Source of the DNA: an uncultured Clostridia bacterium
GTDB taxonomy: Bacteria; Acidobacteriota; Aminicenantia; UBA2199
Direction: 5' to 3'
Length of the DNA: 64,000 nucleotides
Assembly (NCBI GenBank): GCA_964400545.1
Contig: CAYNUG010000002.1
Location: forward strand, 2,671 to 66,670
The notes beneath the pieces were generated by a model. It did not search any database. It saw only the letters and a program-made list of their open reading frames with translations, and had not been told where the DNA came from. Position 1 is the stretch's first letter. Every line of letters starts with the position of its first letter. The translations under genes and the position numbers were made by a program. This document shows, one piece after another, positions 59,270 to 64,000 of the stretch.

Positions 59270-61171
59270 ATGAACAAGTATAAAGTTTCAGAAAAATGTA
59301 TTGGATGTGGTGCATGTGTTGAAGTGGCAGGTGATAATTTTGAAATTGGCGTTAACAATATTGCTTATCTCAAAAAGCAACCTGAGAATAATGATGAAGA
59401 GATAAAAAGTCGGGAAGCACTGGATGTTTGTCCTGTTGCGGCAATTTCTGCCAACGACAAAGGGGAAAAGGGTTTATTAAATGCAGTTATGGCTACTTCT
59501 AACATCAAGGAGACGCTGGATAAACACCCGGAATTAAAACAAGTATTGACCGGCTTATCACCAAAATTTAAGAGAATGCAAAACCCGGCATTGTATAATA
59601 CTCTTGCCCGATTTGCTAATTTCAATGATGCCGCAAAAATTACAGGGTTGTCAGTGTGCGAAATCTTACATACGATCAATAAATTTTTAGGAACTGAAGA
59701 TGAGTTGTTAAAGAATATGCCTGAATGTATCAAGAGGACCAGTTCGGGGATCGAAGAAAAAAGTGTAGAGATCGTTTGGGAAGAAAATCCGGAACGGCAT
59801 ATTTATAACAATAATACATTTGAAGAATTGATCAAGAGAGTTTCTGAGTTACAACCGAAGGAAAACATTGTTGTTATCTCGATTGAGGAACCAACTGGAT
59901 TGTTGAAGGTTGCAAACGGGTTGAATTTCAACTTTAATATTGAAAAAAACAGAGAATACAGAATCTCGATTTTCAATCCCAATGAAGCAACACAGCTTCC
60001 GTGGAAAGATAGGAAAGAAGAATTCGAAGTACTTGATGTCAAGATGATGCTCTCTGACCCGTTTGATATTATCCTGAAAAAGGCATACGAAATAGAAGAA
60101 AACAATGGATTTGTTTTGCTTCAACGTTTTGAACCTCATCCATTAATAAGCATGCTTTCTGAAATGGGTTTTGAACATTTGACTGAACAGAAAGCCGAAG
60201 GTGATTTTAAAATTTATTTTTACAAAAAGATCAGCAAAAAAGATAAGACTGAAACTTCAACAACAAAAGTTGATGCGGTTATTCAGTCGGCCACGCCTGT
60301 TGCTTATCCTGTTATTATGAGATTGCTTCAATCCGAGAAAATAAGAAAGCATATAAAAATAAAGGAACTAAAGGTCTGGGAAGAGACAGAGAAGCATTTG
60401 GCCTGGATCACGAATGGGAAAGCTGATATCAGTTTTTCGGCGTTAATTACTTCTGTTAAATTAAAAAAAAGTGATATTAAAATTCCTGCTCTATTCGTTT
60501 GGGATAATTTCGTGTTGTTAAGTCGTTCAAAGGTCGAAAAATTTGAAGATATTAAGGGTAAAGAAATATATACTCCTCTGTTTGAAGAAGCTCCTCCTGC
60601 AAAGATCACGAAATATTTAATTAAAGCAAGCGGTTTAAATCCTGATGATTTCAAATTTAAATATGGCAAACCTTTTGGCAGGCCTGAAGAAATTTACAGA
60701 GATTTTGTCATGGGTAAAGCTGATACTGTGGTCCTGCGTGAGCCGGAAGCGAGTTATGCCATAAAAATAATGCAGGATAGAAATGAAGAAATATCGGTAT
60801 TGTCGTTCAATAAGATCTGGAATGATATTAATAAGGGTTTCGGGAGTTTCCCGAATGCAGGATTAGTATTAAAAGGTGAATTTGCACGAAAATATCCCAA
60901 ACAGACAAAAATACTATTAGAGGAATTGAAATTAGCGATCCAGTGGGTAAATGATAATAAAAAAGCTTCTGCGGAGCTTTCATTTGATATGATGCGACAA
61001 CCGGTTGACCGAATAGAGTTATTTTTGGAACGTGTGAATTTTGAATTTGTTGAAGGTGAGAAACTTGCCTTCAAAGTAAAACAATACTTTGATATTCTTA
61101 ATAAAAACGGTGTAGTAGATATGGAAATAGATGATGATTTTTTAAATATTTTTAAGATGGATGAATTATAG
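59270..61171 (+). CDS. Hypothetical protein with N-terminal 4Fe-4S ferredoxin-like domain.
   Basis: CIGCGACV ... CPVAAI cysteine motifs. Remainder unassigned. 633 aa. Confidence 0.45.
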   Translation: MNKYKVSEKCIGCGACVEVAGDNFEIGVNNIAYLKKQPENNDEEIKSREALDVCPVAAISANDKGEKGLLNAVMATSNIKETLDKHPELKQVLTGLSPKFKRMQNPALYNTLARFANFNDAAKITGLSVCEILHTINKFLGTEDELLKNMPECIKRTSSGIEEKSVEIVWEENPERHIYNNNTFEELIKRVSELQPKENIVVISIEEPTGLLKVANGLNFNFNIEKNREYRISIFNPNEATQLPWKDRKEEFEVLDVKMMLSDPFDIILKKAYEIEENNGFVLLQRFEPHPLISMLSEMGFEHLTEQKAEGDFKIYFYKKISKKDKTETSTTKVDAVIQSATPVAYPVIMRLLQSEKIRKHIKIKELKVWEETEKHLAWITNGKADISFSALITSVKLKKSDIKIPALFVWDNFVLLSRSKVEKFEDIKGKEIYTPLFEEAPPAKITKYLIKASGLNPDDFKFKYGKPFGRPEEIYRDFVMGKADTVVLREPEASYAIKIMQDRNEEISVLSFNKIWNDINKGFGSFPNAGLVLKGEFARKYPKQTKILLEELKLAIQWVNDNKKASAELSFDMMRQPVDRIELFLERVNFEFVEGEKLAFKVKQYFDILNKNGVVDMEIDDDFLNIFKMDEL

Positions 61172-61233
61172 TTATTGTTGAGATCCGGCAACATTCAAAG
61201 GGTAACTGCAAATGTAATTATTCCAGAAAATTA

Positions 61234-62097
61234 TTATCTGTATGATCCAAGAAATTTTACTAATCCATTTTCCCAGTGGCTCATGATATTGAGTCCCTGG
61301 TCTTTGAGGTGTTTGTTCTCCAGGACCGAATATAGAGGGCGTTGGACTCCGGAGCTGAATTCTCCGGGCAAGGCTTTATGAACCTTTACTCCGGGATTTT
61401 TTATTTGAAATATCTTTTCAGCAAATTCGAACCAGGAGCATTGTCCTTCAGCCGAAATGTGATAGATCCCGTATTCTGCTTCTTCTTTGATCATAAGGAG
61501 TATCTGCTCAGCGATCTCCTCCGTAAAAGTTGGTGTTAAAAATTCATTATCAACAACTTTTACTTCTCCTTTTTCTTTTCCTATGCTTAGTATTTTATCA
61601 ACAAAATTGTATCCTTTTTCAATGCAAATATTTTTTCCATATATTCCTGATAGGCGTAGGATATAGAATCTGTCCATTATTGAGCTGATAAAATATTCGC
61701 CAGTTAATTTGGAATTCCCATATATGTTAACAGGATTCGGAATATCTGACTCAACGTATGGTTCTCTCTTTATACCGTCAAACACGTAGTCGGTGCTGAT
61801 ATGCATAAGTGGTATTCCTGTTTTGCGGCAGGCATATGCGATATTTGCAACACCTGAACCGTTTACTTTAAATGATGTAACAGGATCTTGTTCACATTTC
61901 TCGACATGATGAAATGCTGCAGTATTAATAACCAGTTCGGAATTAAGATTATTGTTAATGACAGAATTAACTGAGTCTCTGTCTGATATCTCAATCTTAT
62001 CACGTGTGAGACGGGAAATATTATGCCCTCCATTTATTAACACTTCAACTATATCACTTCCGAGCTGTCCGTCTGCACCAATTATTGCAATATTCAT
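61234..62097 (-). CDS. rfbD: dTDP-4-dehydrorhamnose reductase.
   Basis: Start at internal Met MNIAIIGADGQLG (ATG rev 62095-62097). YxxxK region and overall RfbD match. Adjacent to rfbC. Confidence 0.85.
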   Translation of the reverse strand: MNIAIIGADGQLGSDIVEVLINGGHNISRLTRDKIEISDRDSVNSVINNNLNSELVINTAAFHHVEKCEQDPVTSFKVNGSGVANIAYACRKTGIPLMHISTDYVFDGIKREPYVESDIPNPVNIYGNSKLTGEYFISSIMDRFYILRLSGIYGKNICIEKGYNFVDKILSIGKEKGEVKVVDNEFLTPTFTEEIAEQILLMIKEEAEYGIYHISAEGQCSWFEFAEKIFQIKNPGVKVHKALPGEFSSGVQRPLYSVLENKHLKDQGLNIMSHWENGLVKFLGSYR

Positions 62098-62098
62098 T

Positions 62099-62665
62099 TC
62101 AAATTGAAAAAAGTTCTGAATCAGGGTTGTTTGCCCATTCTTCAAGGCTTCGGGCATCTCTGTCCTTTTTGGACAGAACAGGATTGTTGACCGGCCAGTC
62201 TATGTTCAAACTTTTATCATCCCATCTGATCCCGGATTCAGATTCAGGGTTATATATCCCGGTACACAGGTATTGTATTTCAAGAGAATCTGAGAGTGCA
62301 CAGAAGCCTCGTGCAAATCCGGGCGGGGCCCATACCTGAAGCCTTTCGTCATGAGATGTCTCAAGACCGTACCATTTCCCGAAAGAGGGGGAGTTTTTCC
62401 TGATATCGGCAGCGACAAGAAATGCCCGGCCTGATAAAACTCTCATGAGTTTACCCATCATGGGTTCCCATTGAAAGTGCAGACCTCGGATCACACCTTT
62501 TTTTGAAAATGAATAGTTTTCCTGTACAAATGGCTGGGTAATGCCGAATTTGTTAAAAAGGTCGGATCTGTACATCTCCATAAAGGAGCCCCTTTCATCG
62601 AAGAATTCTTTTGTTCTCAGAACCACGATCCCGTTCAAATGTTCCGTTATTTTTTCAAAGGGCAT
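62099..62665 (-). CDS. rfbC: dTDP-4-dehydrorhamnose 3,5-epimerase.
   Basis: GSFMEMYR, GVIRGLHFQ cupin motifs. 188 aa. Confidence 0.9.
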   Translation of the reverse strand: MPFEKITEHLNGIVVLRTKEFFDERGSFMEMYRSDLFNKFGITQPFVQENYSFSKKGVIRGLHFQWEPMMGKLMRVLSGRAFLVAADIRKNSPSFGKWYGLETSHDERLQVWAPPGFARGFCALSDSLEIQYLCTGIYNPESESGIRWDDKSLNIDWPVNNPVLSKKDRDARSLEEWANNPDSELFSI

Positions 62666-62782
62666 TCTACTGTCACCTCACGATGTTTAAATTTTCTGAA
62701 TTCCTAATCATCAGATAAATTCTATTTTACATCATAACGGGAAATATTCAATACCGGCAGTAGCATTCAGATTAACAACAAT

Positions 62783-63544
62783 TTAGAATGTTGATTTTTT
62801 ACATATATCTTTATAATCACAAAAATTACATATATAGCTTTCGGTCTTCTGAAAAAATTCTTTTTCAATATTCTCTATTACAAAATTTATTATATCGAAC
62901 ACTTCTTCCATATTCACGTCTTCAGCAGGGAGTGATTGTTCCTGATGTCTTATCCCGGTGGCTTTCTTTGAATAAATAATTTTGAACTTCAACTCTTTAA
63001 CAAAACCGCCGATACTTTCTTCGAAAAGAAATTTATATATGAACATCTGAAGAAATGATTTTTTGACTCTTCCTTTTGACCACTTAGTGGTAGTTGTTTT
63101 AAAATCTGTTAAGGAGAAGTCCTCTTCAACCAGATCTATGATCCCTCTTAATTTTATTTCTGAATTCGGTAAATCACACTCGATCTCTTTTTCAGTCATC
63201 ATCGGTTTTATTCCCGGAGCGATCTCTCTAACGAAATATTTGATAAATGCAAGTCCACGGTTGAATGCTTTTTCTCTTCCATCACTCCAGATTATTTCCG
63301 ATTCTTCAGCCATTCTGTTGAAGGTATCGCTGAAATATTCAGAAGTATCCTTAATATCCGGTGTTAAACCCTTCATCTTTTTTTTTAAGTGGAAATCGGC
63401 GGCATCATGAAAGATCACCCCAAGAAAAACCTTATCGTTCAGAGCTGTTCTAATATTCTCAATGTAACTAAAATAGTATTGTCTGGGGCAGTTCCTGTAT
63501 GTCCTTATTTGGTTATACGAAATATACTTTTTCGGTAGAGGCAT
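62783..63544 (-). CDS. PD-(D/E)XK nuclease, Cas4/RecB-like with Fe-S cluster cysteines (solo, no cas genes nearby).
   Basis: N-terminal YRNCPRQYYF. Nuclease core IIDLVEED...DFK. QMFIY (QxxxY). C-terminal CNFCDYKDIC. Confidence 0.65.
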   Translation of the reverse strand: MPLPKKYISYNQIRTYRNCPRQYYFSYIENIRTALNDKVFLGVIFHDAADFHLKKKMKGLTPDIKDTSEYFSDTFNRMAEESEIIWSDGREKAFNRGLAFIKYFVREIAPGIKPMMTEKEIECDLPNSEIKLRGIIDLVEEDFSLTDFKTTTTKWSKGRVKKSFLQMFIYKFLFEESIGGFVKELKFKIIYSKKATGIRHQEQSLPAEDVNMEEVFDIINFVIENIEKEFFQKTESYICNFCDYKDICKKSTF

Positions 63545-63576
63545 AAAAAAGCCTACTGGAGGAATCTATTAAGTTT

Positions 63577-63843
63577 TTATGATCCTGCTTTGTTAAGAAG
63601 ATCTGTTAATCTGGCCTTGTATCTTGAAGCTGTTTTCTTATGAATAGTACCCTTGGTATTTGATTTATCAATTATTGAAATGACTTTTGGAAACAGGGAT
63701 TTTGCTTCTTCAAATTTACCTTCTTCAATTTCCTTCTTGAATTTCTTTATTTTATTTTTCATCTTGGTCTTATTCATTTTATTTATCAGTCTTTTCTTTT
63801 CATCCCGTCTATACTTCTTAACTGCAGATTTGTGATTTGCCAT
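63577..63843 (-). CDS. rpsT: 30S ribosomal protein S20.
   Basis: Start at MANHKSAVKKYRRDEKKR (ATG rev 63841-63843) with GGAGGA RBS. Classical S20 N-terminus. 88 aa. Confidence 0.9.
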   Translation of the reverse strand: MANHKSAVKKYRRDEKKRLINKMNKTKMKNKIKKFKKEIEEGKFEEAKSLFPKVISIIDKSNTKGTIHKKTASRYKARLTDLLNKAGS

Positions 63844-64000
63844 ACTTTCCTCCGAATTAGTGGATATGATACAAAAAAAAGCTGTTTTTGTCAATCTATC
63901 GGGTTATATGGAATTGCCATTGTATTCAGTATCAGTCTATTTGACAGGAAAACTGAAAATCTCTATTATATGGACATGGGTGGTCATTCAATAATCATAA

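Noticed and set aside
1-64000. CRISPR arrays, rRNA, tRNA, transposases, integrases, prophage genes.
   Set aside because: I found no regularly spaced direct repeats, no tRNA or rRNA signatures in intergenic regions, and no recombinase or transposase-like ORFs.

Overview
This is a low-GC bacterial chromosomal window with dense coding on both strands. No rRNA, tRNA, CRISPR array, transposase or integrase was found.

Gene style (TonB-dependent receptor with carboxypeptidase-regulatory N-domain, beta-propeller lipoprotein families, LemA/TPM operon) loosely suggests an FCB-group-like (Bacteroidota/Cloacimonadota-type) organism, but this is inference only.

Main content, in order:
- A polysaccharide locus: truncated GT2, epimerase, GMC oxidoreductase, rfbB and rfbA.
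- A WYL-domain regulator.
- An 11-gene same-strand island (6.6-17.6 kb) of signal-peptide proteins. It holds an ECF sigma/anti-sigma pair and three tandem divergent beta-propeller lipoprotein paralogs. It is punctuated by a previously unclassified mosaic family of intergenic repeats (5 copies) carrying strong palindromes, one a perfect 20-bp palindrome.
- A LOG-family gene.
- A catabolic operon on the minus strand: fused Fe-S/molybdopterin hydroxylase (XdhD-like), hybrid PAS-GAF-PAS sensor kinase, SsnA aminohydrolase, TrpB-like PLP enzyme, D-hydantoinase/dihydropyrimidinase.
- A LemA-TPM-TPM-PAP2 envelope operon.
- A porin / Na-solute symporter / diaminopropionate ammonia-lyase operon.
- deoB and PNP.
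- An EF-G paralog, trxB, a large outer-membrane propeller protein, two ABC-2 transporter pairs, a predicted kinase plus OPA-family MFS transporter, a 1035-aa TonB-dependent receptor.
- Ornithine aminotransferase coupled to a GT28/PseG-like gene.
- A glutaredoxin-like gene and groES with no groEL following.
- An rRNA methyltransferase, plsC, a ferredoxin-domain protein, rfbD and rfbC (56 kb from rfbAB), a solo Cas4-like nuclease and rpsT.

The most unusual signal is the repeat-punctuated ECF/secreted-protein island next to the WYL regulator.
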